IMG/VR virus record: IMGVR_UViG_3300029698_000133
Span: 8,559 to 72,558 of that record
DNA: 64,000 nucleotides
Source of the DNA: a virus
Strand: one strand, 5' to 3'
Shown here: positions 37,388 to 46,225 of the stretch, one piece after another
Layout of the letters: every line of letters begins with the position of its first letter
Numbering within the stretch: the first letter of the stretch is position 1
The notes under the pieces: generated by a model
Told to the model about the DNA's origin: nothing
What the model saw: only the letters and a program-made list of their open reading frames with translations
Databases searched by the model: none
Translations under genes and position numbers: made by a program

Positions 37388-38593
37388 TCAGCCGCCGGCA
37401 GCCATCTGGAGGAGCTGCACGGACTCGGGCAGGATCAGCTTGCCATCGACACGCTGAGTGGTCAGGAAGCCGACCTGATCCGTGCGGGCATACAGCTCGT
37501 TCAGGCGACGGAAAGTGCGGTTCTGGCGGTCAGCCACCCAGTAGTAGCTGTAGTCACCAAAGGCCATGACCTTGTTGCCGCCCTTGATCTCCGGCATGAA
37601 GGCGGAGGTCTTCAGAGGACGGTTCAGCAGAGTATCGGGCTTGCCGATCTCCAGACCCGGCTTCCAGATATAGTTGCCGTTGTTGTCCTTGATGGTCATC
37701 AGCTGCAGCACCAGTGCCTCGTTGCAGAGGAACTGCGCCTTCTTGCGATAAGGAGCCTTCAGCGCATAGTACAGCTTGAAGATCTCATCAAAGGTGACAG
37801 CATCCTGCTTGGCAGCCTTGACACCGACCTTTGCGCCGCCGGTCTCAGCCAGCAGACCCAGAGGCTTACCAACACCGTCACCGGTGATGAAGGCGCGCTC
37901 CTCCGCATTGCCCATACGCACACCGAAACGGCGGGCAATATAGGTGGCGAGGTCAAAGGCGGAGTCGTTCAGCAGCTCGTTGGAGATCTTGATCATGGTA
38001 CCCAGCTTGTAAGCGGACAGCATGGTCTGACCGAAGGTCGCATCGCTTTCGGGGATCTCCTCGCCCTCATCGATCCAGCTTGCCTCGCCGGTATCCTCTG
38101 CAATGGGAATCTTGCGGGTGCCGGAGCTGGTACGGATGACAGTCGCCATGCCACGGAAGATGTTGTTCTCCTCCAGTGCCTCCACCAGCTTCTTTTCGAA
38201 CTCATCGGGAACGGTAAAGCCGCCCTCGGTATCCTCGCCCACAGACAGAGCGTTGCGGACCTCGCCGTAGTGACCACGGTTGCGGATCATGTTCCAGAAG
38301 TTCTCGGCGTACTCGGCAGTGGCAGTCGGCTTTACATCCTTCTTTGCACCGTTCTTAGGATCGGCATGGACGGGGTTGGAAGTGGGCGCAGACAGCTGTG
38401 CCTCGATCTGTGCCTGCTGTTCCAGCCGCTCGATCTCAGTACCCAGGTCCTTGACCTCCTGTGCCATCTTGTTGTACTGCTCCACAGCCTCGGCCTTGAC
38501 CAGACCGTTATCGCCGCGGTTCTTTTCCAGGAAATCCTTGGTCTGCTCCCAGAGGGTATTGCGCTTGGTGCGCAGTTCCAGAATCTTACTCAT
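37388..38593 (-). CDS. major capsid protein, HK97 family
   Basis: HK97-fold pattern after a ClpP-type protease gene; about 100-aa delta-like N-terminus with coiled-coil; RBS GGAGGTACAACACT. Confidence 0.85.
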   Translation of the reverse strand: MSKILELRTKRNTLWEQTKDFLEKNRGDNGLVKAEAVEQYNKMAQEVKDLGTEIERLEQQAQIEAQLSAPTSNPVHADPKNGAKKDVKPTATAEYAENFWNMIRNRGHYGEVRNALSVGEDTEGGFTVPDEFEKKLVEALEENNIFRGMATVIRTSSGTRKIPIAEDTGEASWIDEGEEIPESDATFGQTMLSAYKLGTMIKISNELLNDSAFDLATYIARRFGVRMGNAEERAFITGDGVGKPLGLLAETGGAKVGVKAAKQDAVTFDEIFKLYYALKAPYRKKAQFLCNEALVLQLMTIKDNNGNYIWKPGLEIGKPDTLLNRPLKTSAFMPEIKGGNKVMAFGDYSYYWVADRQNRTFRRLNELYARTDQVGFLTTQRVDGKLILPESVQLLQMAAGG

Positions 38594-38647
38594 AGTGTTG
38601 TACCTCCATGAATTTCGTATTTTCGGCATGAAAAAAGCCGGGGCGCA

Positions 38648-39499
38648 TCATTTCATGCACTCCAGCTGTTTCATCAGGACGTTATAGGAGTAATCCCCTT
38701 CCTCCGTCTTTCCGTCCATGTCAAGGACAGGACCGGCTTCCGCAGGGAGATCACTGGGCGGCTCCGTTTGAGCCGCAGGGGTATCAGGCTTGACTCCCAG
38801 ACGATTCAGGACGATTAGATCCATCTGACGGCTGGAGAAAAGGTGCCCTGCCGTATCCTGTTGGAACGGCTTCTTTTCTTCGCCCTCGCCCGGTTCTTCA
38901 TCGGGAGTCTTCTCCGGCTTATCGGGGTTCACCGGGTCACTGTCAGGTTCATCCTCTTTCTTTGAGAAAAGGATTTCATCCGCAAAGCCCAATTCCACGG
39001 CTTTCTTCGCATTCATCCACGTTTCGTTGGACATGAGGTTTGCGATTCGGGCATGGGACAGGCCACTCTTGGATGCGTAGGCGTTGATGATGCTCTCCTT
39101 GACCTCGTTCAACACCTCGATAGCTTTCTCCATATCCTTGGTGTTCCCCATCGCAACGGTACTGGGGTCATGGATCATCAGCATAGCAACCGGGCTCATC
39201 TGGACGGTATCTCCGGCCATGGCAACAACGGACGCCGCAGATGCAGCAATCGCATCGATCTTGACCGTGATGCTGCCCTTGTAGTCCTTGAGCATGGTAT
39301 AGATCTCGGCAGCAGCAAACACATTGCCGCCCGGGCTGTTGATCCAGACGGTCACATCACCCTCACCGGCATTCAGCTCATCCCGGAACATCTGCGGTGT
39401 AATTTCATCACCCCAGAAAGATTCCTCGTCGATGGGGCCTTCCAGCCGAAGGGTTCTGGTCTCGTCACTGTCCTTGATCCAGTTCCAGAACTTTTTCAT
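38648..39499 (-). CDS. ClpP-family prohead (head maturation) protease
   Basis: ClpP/S14 core (INSPGGNVFAAAEIYTML...MLMIHDPS), Ser-His catalytic context; overlaps the portal gene end. Confidence 0.85.
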   Translation of the reverse strand: MKKFWNWIKDSDETRTLRLEGPIDEESFWGDEITPQMFRDELNAGEGDVTVWINSPGGNVFAAAEIYTMLKDYKGSITVKIDAIAASAASVVAMAGDTVQMSPVAMLMIHDPSTVAMGNTKDMEKAIEVLNEVKESIINAYASKSGLSHARIANLMSNETWMNAKKAVELGFADEILFSKKEDEPDSDPVNPDKPEKTPDEEPGEGEEKKPFQQDTAGHLFSSRQMDLIVLNRLGVKPDTPAAQTEPPSDLPAEAGPVLDMDGKTEEGDYSYNVLMKQLECMK

Positions 39500-40896
39500 A
39501 TTGCTCTCCTTTCTTTCTGTCGTTTTGGCGTACTCTCACTCTGCCGGTTTTCGCTGTCAGGGGTTTCTTCCTCCGGCTGTGTCTGCTGAGGCTGATTCTG
39601 CTGGGCCGCGGCAGCCTTGTTCTGCTGCGCCAGTCCAGCATTCTTCAGCTTCACATAGCCACCGTTGAGGTAGTAGTCATCACCGCCCTGGTCAGCCGGG
39701 ATCAGATCCATGTTTTCCAGACGATGGATATCGTTGGGAGACAGAAAACCATTGCTGATGCCGGTGGCATAGCCGTTCATCCGGCTCTGGTAGTCGCCGC
39801 GCAGCAGACCGTCCACATTGAACTTCGGAAAGTAGGTATCCTGCTCTTCCTCCAGCAGCAGATCCTTGATGATGCCCTGCTCAATGCGGACAAGCCACGG
39901 AGTCAGGGAATGCATCACGAAGTTCAGCGACTGGTATTCGATGTTGGAGAAGGTCGCATGGGACAGATCCGCTACCAGATGCGGAGGCACACGGAAAATG
40001 CGACATATCTCCGTGACGGAGAACTGCTTGGATTCAAGGAACTGACTGTCTTCCGGCGGCAGCGATACAGGCTTGTAGGTCATGCCTTCTTCGAGAACCG
40101 CCACACGATGGGCGTTGGCTGCGCCACCGTATGCCGCTTCCCAGTTATCCCGGACTCGGTTCGGGTCTTTCATGACGCCGGGATGTTCCAGCACACCGCT
40201 GGGCTGAGCGCCGTTCTTGAAGAACGCCGAGCCGTACTTATCCACCGCAATGGAGGTGCCAAGGCTGTTTTTCATCATGGCAATCGGTGAGAAACCGATC
40301 AGGCCATTGAAGCCCAACCCCGGCACATGGAATATCTCATCCCGGCGAAAGTAGATATCCTTGTTCTGCTCTCCCGGAACTTCATCCGTATAGGCGTGGT
40401 AGATGTAGTACAGTTCTCCGCTTTCATCGCGATCCACTTCGACGTTTTCCGGCAGCAGCGGATACAGACCCAGTACCGTGTTCTTTCCATCCCGGACGAT
40501 CTGTGCGTAGGCATTGCCCCAGAGGAGCAGATGGGTCATCAGGGTCTCCCAGAAGACGAAAGCCGTCATCTCCGGGTTCGGCTGCCGATACAGGATTTTG
40601 TACAGCGGATGATCCCGTGCCTTTTCCTTGTTGCCGTTGTCATCCGTCACCCGATACAGATGCAGCGGCAGGGCCGCAATGGACTCTGCCAGCAGTCGAA
40701 CACAGGCATACACGGTCGGGATCTGCATGGCGGCTTTTTCGTCCACCTGCTCTCCTGCATTGGAACGACCAAACACAAAGGTCTGCCCGGAATCGCGGAC
40801 ATTGTCCGTGACCTCTGGCAGACCTTGTTTGGGTGGTGATTCTGTTTTGGGGGAGTCCCTTGGGTTTTCAAAACCTAGCCATTCCCAGAATGTCAT
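39496..40896 (-). CDS. portal protein, HK97 family
   Basis: 466 aa; portal motif pattern; positioned between terL and the protease. Confidence 0.85.
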   Translation of the reverse strand: MTFWEWLGFENPRDSPKTESPPKQGLPEVTDNVRDSGQTFVFGRSNAGEQVDEKAAMQIPTVYACVRLLAESIAALPLHLYRVTDDNGNKEKARDHPLYKILYRQPNPEMTAFVFWETLMTHLLLWGNAYAQIVRDGKNTVLGLYPLLPENVEVDRDESGELYYIYHAYTDEVPGEQNKDIYFRRDEIFHVPGLGFNGLIGFSPIAMMKNSLGTSIAVDKYGSAFFKNGAQPSGVLEHPGVMKDPNRVRDNWEAAYGGAANAHRVAVLEEGMTYKPVSLPPEDSQFLESKQFSVTEICRIFRVPPHLVADLSHATFSNIEYQSLNFVMHSLTPWLVRIEQGIIKDLLLEEEQDTYFPKFNVDGLLRGDYQSRMNGYATGISNGFLSPNDIHRLENMDLIPADQGGDDYYLNGGYVKLKNAGLAQQNKAAAAQQNQPQQTQPEEETPDSENRQSESTPKRQKERRAI

Positions 40897-40942
40897 TTTT
40901 CAGCAAATCCTTTCATTTTTTCTTTCCTTGTGTTCCAACAAG

Positions 40943-40951
40943 TGGTATAAT
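40943..40951 (+). promoter_or_regulatory. extended -10 promoter element TGGTATAAT upstream of the Abi gene
   Basis: TGnTATAAT consensus 34 nt upstream of ATG 40985. Confidence 0.5.
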
Positions 40952-40984
40952 ATAGTCTATACTGTTGCTTACGGAGGTTTTTCC

Positions 40985-41956
40985 ATGCTGACGATAAATC
41001 AGTTGATGCGATATCTGCGTTCCAAACATCATATTACTGTCAAAAGCAATCAGTCCCAGTCATTGCGCAACATGGGCTACTATCATGGTTTTAAGGGCTA
41101 TCGGTTTATCCGAACCCCGAACCAAAGGATTGCTTTTTCTTCGTTTGATGAAGTCTCTGCTTTAAACAATTTCGATATGAAATTGAAAGCGTTGTTTTAC
41201 CCTAAGGTCATGTTTATCGAAACTGCATTAAAGAGCTATGTGATTGAAGCCACACTTAAGGATTCTCATTCTGAGAACATCGACACAATCTTCGGTAAAT
41301 CAATCACAAACTACCGTTCCTTCACTCCAGGTAGCAGAAACTATCATCAGGAATACGCAAAACGCATGTCGCTTCGTAGCAAAATCAATAGTGCTTTGCT
41401 TCGTGATTATGGAAACAAAAAGCAAACCGTCAATCATTTTTTTGACACCGACCGGTCCATACCTATTTGGGCGGCTTTTGAATCCCTGGCACTAGGTGAA
41501 TTCGGAACTTTCTTTGCGTGTGCAAACGCGAATGTCAAAAAGAGTACTTCTGCAATACTTCACCTGCCCAGTCAACTTGACGCTGATGGAAGAATTACAG
41601 AGTTCATTATTTATTCAATCAAAGACCTCCGTAATGCTGTTGCTCACAACAACACTATTTTCGACACGCGGTTCCAAACTGGTGAGATCAATCAGCGTCT
41701 TGTTGCACTTTTAGAAACCGAAATAGGCATTTCAAATCTGGATTTCAAATATATTTATTCATACGTCATACTCCTAACCTACGTTCTCAGAAAAATGGGT
41801 GAAACCAAAACATCCTGCAAGCAATTTTTGAATGCGTATATTGCCTTGACCGATGAATTGCGCACACAACTCCCGGCAAATGTCTGCAATCAAATTCTAG
41901 GCACTCAGCAACGTCCACATCTGCGCCAGCTGCAAAATTTCATTTCCAATTCGTAA
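40985..41956 (+). CDS. abortive-infection protein, Abi_2 (AbiD/AbiD1/AbiF) family
   Basis: N-terminal block QSLRNMGYYHGFKGYRF...FDMKLKALFYPKVMFIETALKS matches the Abi_2 pattern (YY..gY...f...fD..LR..l...iE..lr); 323 aa; AT-rich; opposite strand to all surrounding phage genes. Confidence 0.7.
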   Translation: MLTINQLMRYLRSKHHITVKSNQSQSLRNMGYYHGFKGYRFIRTPNQRIAFSSFDEVSALNNFDMKLKALFYPKVMFIETALKSYVIEATLKDSHSENIDTIFGKSITNYRSFTPGSRNYHQEYAKRMSLRSKINSALLRDYGNKKQTVNHFFDTDRSIPIWAAFESLALGEFGTFFACANANVKKSTSAILHLPSQLDADGRITEFIIYSIKDLRNAVAHNNTIFDTRFQTGEINQRLVALLETEIGISNLDFKYIYSYVILLTYVLRKMGETKTSCKQFLNAYIALTDELRTQLPANVCNQILGTQQRPHLRQLQNFISNS

Positions 41957-41964
41957 GATTCTCT

Positions 41965-41992
41965 TGCATAATTTCTTTTCTTGTGGTATAGT
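41965..41992 (+). promoter_or_regulatory. second promoter TTGCAT-16-TGgTATAGT immediately downstream of the Abi stop codon
   Basis: Seen directly; would start a transcript at about 42000. Confidence 0.4.
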
Positions 41993-41997
41993 ATAGC

Positions 41998-42068
41998 TAT
42001 GAATTGCGGTGGTCGTCTTCGGACAACACCTTGAAAGAGCCTGATGCGTCGGGCTCTTTTTCTTTTTG
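41998..42068 (+). ncRNA. candidate 65-70-nt small RNA between the second promoter and the terminator
   Basis: Promoter, imperfect hairpin with TTCG loop (GGTGGTCGTC-TTCG-GACAACACC), then the terminator hairpin; no ORF. Confidence 0.25.
42034..42068 (+). terminator. rho-independent terminator (AAGAGCC stem / 10-nt loop / GGCTCTT followed by TTTTCTTTTTG)
   Basis: Perfect 7-bp stem plus a T-run of 11 with one C. Confidence 0.65.
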
Positions 42069-42072
42069 TCTT

Positions 42073-42309
42073 TTATTCTTTCTCCAGCTCCGGCAGACCG
42101 GCCAGACTGGTACCGAGGGAGGCCACGCCCGCCACGATCGCTGCGCTGCCTACCGCCATCCAGTCCACCGTACCGCTGGGCATCTGGGTCACGACCAGAG
42201 CTGCACCGGTCTGGAACATGGTCTTTGCGGCGCGGATACTTGCTGCGCGCCACCAGTCTGCACTCATCAGATACTTCATATTCTTATCCTCCATGATTTT
42301 GTATATCAA
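42073..42309 (-). CDS. small holin-like membrane protein (78 aa) between terL and portal
   Basis: Basic N-terminus (WWRAASIRAAKT), two predicted TM helices, acidic C-terminus; start overlaps the terL stop (ATGA). Confidence 0.4.
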   Translation of the reverse strand: MIYKIMEDKNMKYLMSADWWRAASIRAAKTMFQTGAALVVTQMPSGTVDWMAVGSAAIVAGVASLGTSLAGLPELEKE

Positions 42310-43931
42310 AAAACGATCATGTCACGTTCATCGTAGATGCTGCCCTGCTGCTGTCCTTCATTTCGGATGCAGCGGTCCAGTGCCATGATCGCAGCGACGA
42401 TACCGTCGATTTTCTCCGGCGACTTTACCTTGGTAGGCTTAATATTGCCGGCCGGATCAGTGTCCACGACCACATTGCCGGCCATCCATGCCATGATGGG
42501 GTTGCCGCCGTGAACGATACGTCCTTCCATCAGGAGCTTATAGAACTCCTTGGTGGGCGGGCTCATATCCTTAAACCCTTGTCCGAAAGGCACGACCGTG
42601 AATCCCATCCCCTCTAAGTTCTGGGTCATCTGCACCGCTCCCCATCGGTCAAAGGCGATTTCCAAAATATGATAAGTCTTGCCCAGTTCTTCGATGACTT
42701 TTTCGATGAACCCGTAATGGATGACATTGCCCTCGGTCGCCATCAGGTAGCCCTGCTGGAACCAAATGTCATAGGGCACAGATGCCCTGCGCACACGCTG
42801 GGGAATCGTATCCTCCGGAATCCAGAAGAACGGCAGCATGATGTACTTTTCCTCCGGGGTTCTGGGCGGGAACATCAGCACAAAAGCCGTGATGTCACCG
42901 GTGCTGGACAAGTCCAGTCCACCGTAACAGTCACGGCCTTTGAGGGCTTCCATATCGATTGGCTGGTTGCCGAGGTCATAGATGTGTTCCGGGATAAATC
43001 GGGTCAGAGAGGACACCCACATATTCAGACGGAGCTGCTTGAATACATTCTCCTCTGCTGGGTTGTCCAGTGCCTCTTGGTAAGCATCCCGGACGCGCTG
43101 GATCTGGATGGTCTGTCCCAGTGAGGGGTTGGCCTTATACCAGTTGACTTCATCGTGCCAGTCATCCTCATCGGTCAGACCATAGACCACCGGGTAAAAG
43201 GTGTGGTCAATTTTCCGACCGTTCAGCAGGTCAAGGGCTTTCATGTGCAGCTCATAGCAGATACTCTCCTTGTCCGTGCCGGCCGTGGTAATCAGGAAGA
43301 ACAGCGGCTGTTCACGGGCGTCACCGGAACCTTTGGTCAGGACATCGTAGAGCTTGCGGTTGGGCTGGGCATGGACCTCATCCAGCACCAGACCGGACAC
43401 ATTCAAGCCGTGCTTCGTGCCGACTTCCGCTGACAACACCTGATAGAACCCGGCGTTGCTGTAATTCACAATGCGTTTGGTTGCCGCCATAATCTTGCAG
43501 CGTTTCATGAGTGCCGGCGTCATCTGCACCATCTGGTTGGCAACGTCAAAGACGATGGATGCCTGCTGCCGGTCGGCGGCAGCGCCATAGACTTCTGCGG
43601 AGGGCTCGTTATCGGCAAACAGCAGATACAATGCCACCGCAGCGGCCAGCTCCGACTTGCCGTTCTTCTTTCCGATTTCGACATAAGCTGTGCGGAACTG
43701 TCTGTTTCCGCGCTCATCCACAATACCGAAAACATCCCGGATGATCTGCTCCTGCCAAGGGAGCAGCCAGAACCGCTTGCCCGCCCACTTGCCTTTGGTG
43801 TGTCGGAGGTTTTCGATAAAGCGCACGGCGCGGTCGGCCTTGGCTTTATCGTAGTGACAGGTCGGCAGCATGAAGCGGCTGGGCTTGTAGTCTTTGAGTT
43901 TTGGGTAGTTCTTCGGTCTGCTCTCCATCAT
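42306..43931 (-). CDS. terL: terminase large subunit
   Basis: Terminase_1-type ATPase (Walker A region VEIGKKNGKSE, LVLDEVH Walker B) and nuclease C-terminal half; 541 aa. Confidence 0.9.
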   Translation of the reverse strand: MMESRPKNYPKLKDYKPSRFMLPTCHYDKAKADRAVRFIENLRHTKGKWAGKRFWLLPWQEQIIRDVFGIVDERGNRQFRTAYVEIGKKNGKSELAAAVALYLLFADNEPSAEVYGAAADRQQASIVFDVANQMVQMTPALMKRCKIMAATKRIVNYSNAGFYQVLSAEVGTKHGLNVSGLVLDEVHAQPNRKLYDVLTKGSGDAREQPLFFLITTAGTDKESICYELHMKALDLLNGRKIDHTFYPVVYGLTDEDDWHDEVNWYKANPSLGQTIQIQRVRDAYQEALDNPAEENVFKQLRLNMWVSSLTRFIPEHIYDLGNQPIDMEALKGRDCYGGLDLSSTGDITAFVLMFPPRTPEEKYIMLPFFWIPEDTIPQRVRRASVPYDIWFQQGYLMATEGNVIHYGFIEKVIEELGKTYHILEIAFDRWGAVQMTQNLEGMGFTVVPFGQGFKDMSPPTKEFYKLLMEGRIVHGGNPIMAWMAGNVVVDTDPAGNIKPTKVKSPEKIDGIVAAIMALDRCIRNEGQQQGSIYDERDMIVF

Positions 43932-44404
43932 CCGCCACCTCCCAGCAGGTTTTCCATCTCATCAGCAGCATCCGCAGGGCTGCAATCCGAGGCAATGATC
44001 CGGCTTCGGGAGGATGGGGTCAGACCGAACTGCTCGGCAAAGCGGTTCATGATTTTCAGATAGGTCTGTGCAATGGAGACCTGCGGCACCTGCTGCCAAT
44101 AGCCGGAGGGCGTTTTGACGATGGTGCCGTGCTGGGTGATGAATTCTTCTGCTTCTTTCCATCGTGCGTATGCCTGACAATAGCCGGCGAAGGCAGCCAT
44201 GTCCACTTCGGTCAGGATGCCGATGGCTTCCATCTGCTTGGCAAGACGCCGCCATTCTTTTTTTGCTTCCGGCTCCAGCCATTTCGGACACGCCGGTGCT
44301 TTCTTTGTGGGCTTCGGTTCGCTGGTATTCAGCGGATGCTTGCCCGGATTGCCTTCCAGTTCCTTCATGGCGGTCGGCTTCGGTTTTCTGCCTCTGGTAG
44401 CCAT
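43928..44404 (-). CDS. terS: terminase small subunit (P27 family)
   Basis: 158 aa; KPKPTAMKELEGNPGK N-terminus typical of P27-family TerS; overlaps terL. Confidence 0.75.
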   Translation of the reverse strand: MATRGRKPKPTAMKELEGNPGKHPLNTSEPKPTKKAPACPKWLEPEAKKEWRRLAKQMEAIGILTEVDMAAFAGYCQAYARWKEAEEFITQHGTIVKTPSGYWQQVPQVSIAQTYLKIMNRFAEQFGLTPSSRSRIIASDCSPADAADEMENLLGGGG

Positions 44405-44439
44405 TGGCTATCCCTCCCTTCTGTAAAAATGGGCAAAAG

Positions 44440-44476
44440 AAAAAGGACCTCCGAAGAAGTCCTTTGTATATCAAAC
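44440..44476 (-). terminator. hairpin AAAGGAC-loop-GTCCTTT followed by TTTTCTTTTG (minus-strand sense)
   Basis: Seen directly between gene 44526-44903 and terS. Confidence 0.5.
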
Positions 44477-44525
44477 ACGGCGGATACGAGACACAGCCCC
44501 CTGCGGGGCGTGTGTCCTTTATTGG

Positions 44526-44903
44526 TTATGCGTTGGGGTTGGCTTCTTTCCAAGCCTCGTACTCATCGACCAGCTCTGCCTCCTCGATGACCTGCCAGAC
44601 CGCGCAGAATCGGATGCGCTGGCGTTCTATGTCCTCGGCCGTCCAGCTCTCCGGCTTGTGGCTCATGTCGTGGTAGGCATCCATCTCGGCTCTCGTCCGC
44701 TGGAAAAGGATGTCCTTGAGCTGCAGGGTTTCGGCGTTGTTCCGCAGGGTGTACCGCTTGTCCTCGGCTGCCCGGCAAAGTTTGCCAAGGTCATCGCAGT
44801 TGATGCTCATGTCCTGCTTGAACATGAGCTCAATGCCGGTCAGCTCTCGCTCGGTGGCAGCCGCCTGAATGCTGGCAAGGTAGGTTTTGGCTTTCTTCAT
44901 CAT
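44526..44903 (-). CDS. hypothetical protein (125 aa), first gene behind promoter cassette 1
   Basis: RBS GGAGGATACAGACC; coiled-coil-like. Confidence 0.5.
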   Translation of the reverse strand: MMKKAKTYLASIQAAATERELTGIELMFKQDMSINCDDLGKLCRAAEDKRYTLRNNAETLQLKDILFQRTRAEMDAYHDMSHKPESWTAEDIERQRIRFCAVWQVIEEAELVDEYEAWKEANPNA

Positions 44904-44944
44904 GGTCTGTATCCTCCGTATGCTTTGTTTTCCGTGGGGCTTCT

Positions 44945-45045
44945 CCCCTTCGGTGTGACTGTATATTACCGTCACTGGGGAAGTATATCAAGCGGCTATG
45001 ATACACGATCATTCGCCCACAGTCTTGTCGGATATGTGTATATCC
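44945..45045 (-). promoter_or_regulatory. repeat cassette copy 1: operator-like TGATCGTGTATCA, then -35 TTGATA, 17-nt spacer, -10 TAATAT, then leader hairpin GGGGAGAAGCCCC
   Basis: -35 at 44986-44991 and -10 at 44963-44968 (minus sense); one of 8 homologous copies. Confidence 0.6.
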
Positions 45046-45106
45046 TGCGCACGGAAGATCTGCCGCAACGAGCAAAAGCCCCCCGCAGGGAGCCCCCGCC
45101 CATATC

Positions 45107-45391
45107 TCAGTGTGCGTTCCGGATGCACCATTCGATGGCGTGTCCGGCATCCGAGAAGACCTCATCCGAAATCTTCAGCAGTTCCAGTCGGCACTCGATC
45201 GATGAAAGCCCTTCCTTGGGGTCCTCAGCGAATCCGTAAACCGCAGCCTCCACGCCGCCCTTCCAGTTCGTTTTGGCAACCAGAACCCGGTCGCCAAACT
45301 GCAGGATGCTGTCGTTGCAGGGACTGAGCAGGTCGTAGTAGCTCTCGATGCTGATGCTGTGTTCCGGGAAGTTGTTCAGATGCTTCTTCAT
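45107..45391 (-). CDS. hypothetical protein (94 aa)
   Basis: RBS ACGGAGGAT, downstream of cassette 2. Confidence 0.5.
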   Translation of the reverse strand: MKKHLNNFPEHSISIESYYDLLSPCNDSILQFGDRVLVAKTNWKGGVEAAVYGFAEDPKEGLSSIECRLELLKISDEVFSDAGHAIEWCIRNAH

Positions 45392-45429
45392 GGTGAAATC
45401 CTCCGTGTTTTTTCATTCCGTAGGGTCTT

Positions 45430-45525
45430 CCCCTTTCGGTATGCACATATTACCGTCATGTGGGGAGGATAGCAAGCGGCTATGCTGCACGATCATCCGC
45501 CCGGAATACCGGGCAGAATGTACAT
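45430..45525 (-). promoter_or_regulatory. repeat cassette copy 2 (TTGCTA-17-TAATAT, leader GGGGAAGACCC)
   Basis: Homologous to copy 1. Confidence 0.6.
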
Positions 45526-45749
45526 CACTCTCCGTCCTCGGCATCCTGTTCAATGAATTCCCGGATTACTTCATAAAAGAGCTGGGGGTCGTATTCCAGC
45601 GGCTCACGACCTTGGGAAAAATCAATTTCAATCTGGTCCTTGACCATCTCCTTGGCAGCTTCCAGCGTGAAGCCAGCCTTATCCTCGTCATTCATATTGT
45701 TGTAGATGTCCACGATAAGGTCCATGACTCTTTCGTCGTTCATACTCAT
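45525..45749 (-). CDS. hypothetical acidic protein (about 74 aa)
   Basis: RBS GGAGGA before MSMNDERV. Confidence 0.45.
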   Translation of the reverse strand: MSMNDERVMDLIVDIYNNMNDEDKAGFTLEAAKEMVKDQIEIDFSQGREPLEYDPQLFYEVIREFIEQDAEDGE

Positions 45750-45862
45750 TCCTCCGTTGCCCCACCACCTCGCCACACAGCCCCTGTGTGGGGCTTGTGC
45801 GGTTTGGTTGGGGGAGTTTGTTGGCTTGCATCTGCGCCCCCTTTGTGGGGGCTGTGTCGGGC

Positions 45863-46057
45863 TTACTTCTCCGCCTTGCCCAGAAGGTAGGCTTCCTCCA
45901 TGGCTTTCTGGATGCCCCAGACGGGAACCTCGATGAAATCCTCACTGTCGCAGCCGTGCGCTTCAAGGTCGCCTCGGTTTTCCACCTCCACCATCAGGCG
46001 CTTTGCGATGTCCAGCAGGGCTTTCTGCTGCTTCCTGGTCAGGGTCTGCTTTTTCAT
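45863..46057 (-). CDS. hypothetical protein (64 aa)
   Basis: Downstream of cassette 3. Confidence 0.45.
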   Translation of the reverse strand: MKKQTLTRKQQKALLDIAKRLMVEVENRGDLEAHGCDSEDFIEVPVWGIQKAMEEAYLLGKAEK

Positions 46058-46077
46058 GTCTATGTACCTCGCTTTCG

Positions 46078-46160
46078 TTTTTGTGACTGTATATTACCGT
46101 CACGTCCCGCAGATAGCAAGGCCGCAGATTACACGATCATTCACGCCAGGATCGGTGTAT
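46078..46160 (-). promoter_or_regulatory. repeat cassette copy 3 (TTGCTA-17-TAATAT, short leader)
   Basis: Homologous. Confidence 0.55.
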
Positions 46161-46225
46161 ATTTGAGAGCCCTAGCACAGGAAAAGGGGCCGCCCTTTCA
46201 GGCAAGCCCCCCCGCAGTTTTCTGC

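Noticed and set aside
37364-38611. 415-aa plus-strand ORF antisense to the major capsid gene
   Set aside because: Antisense artefact; the capsid gene on the minus strand has clear HK97-family features and an RBS
40628-40984. Upstream extension of the Abi ORF (ORF track starts at 40628)
   Set aside because: The extension overlaps the portal gene on the opposite strand and is GC-rich; the AT-rich Abi gene begins at ATG 40985, preceded by RBS GGAGG and the TGGTATAAT promoter
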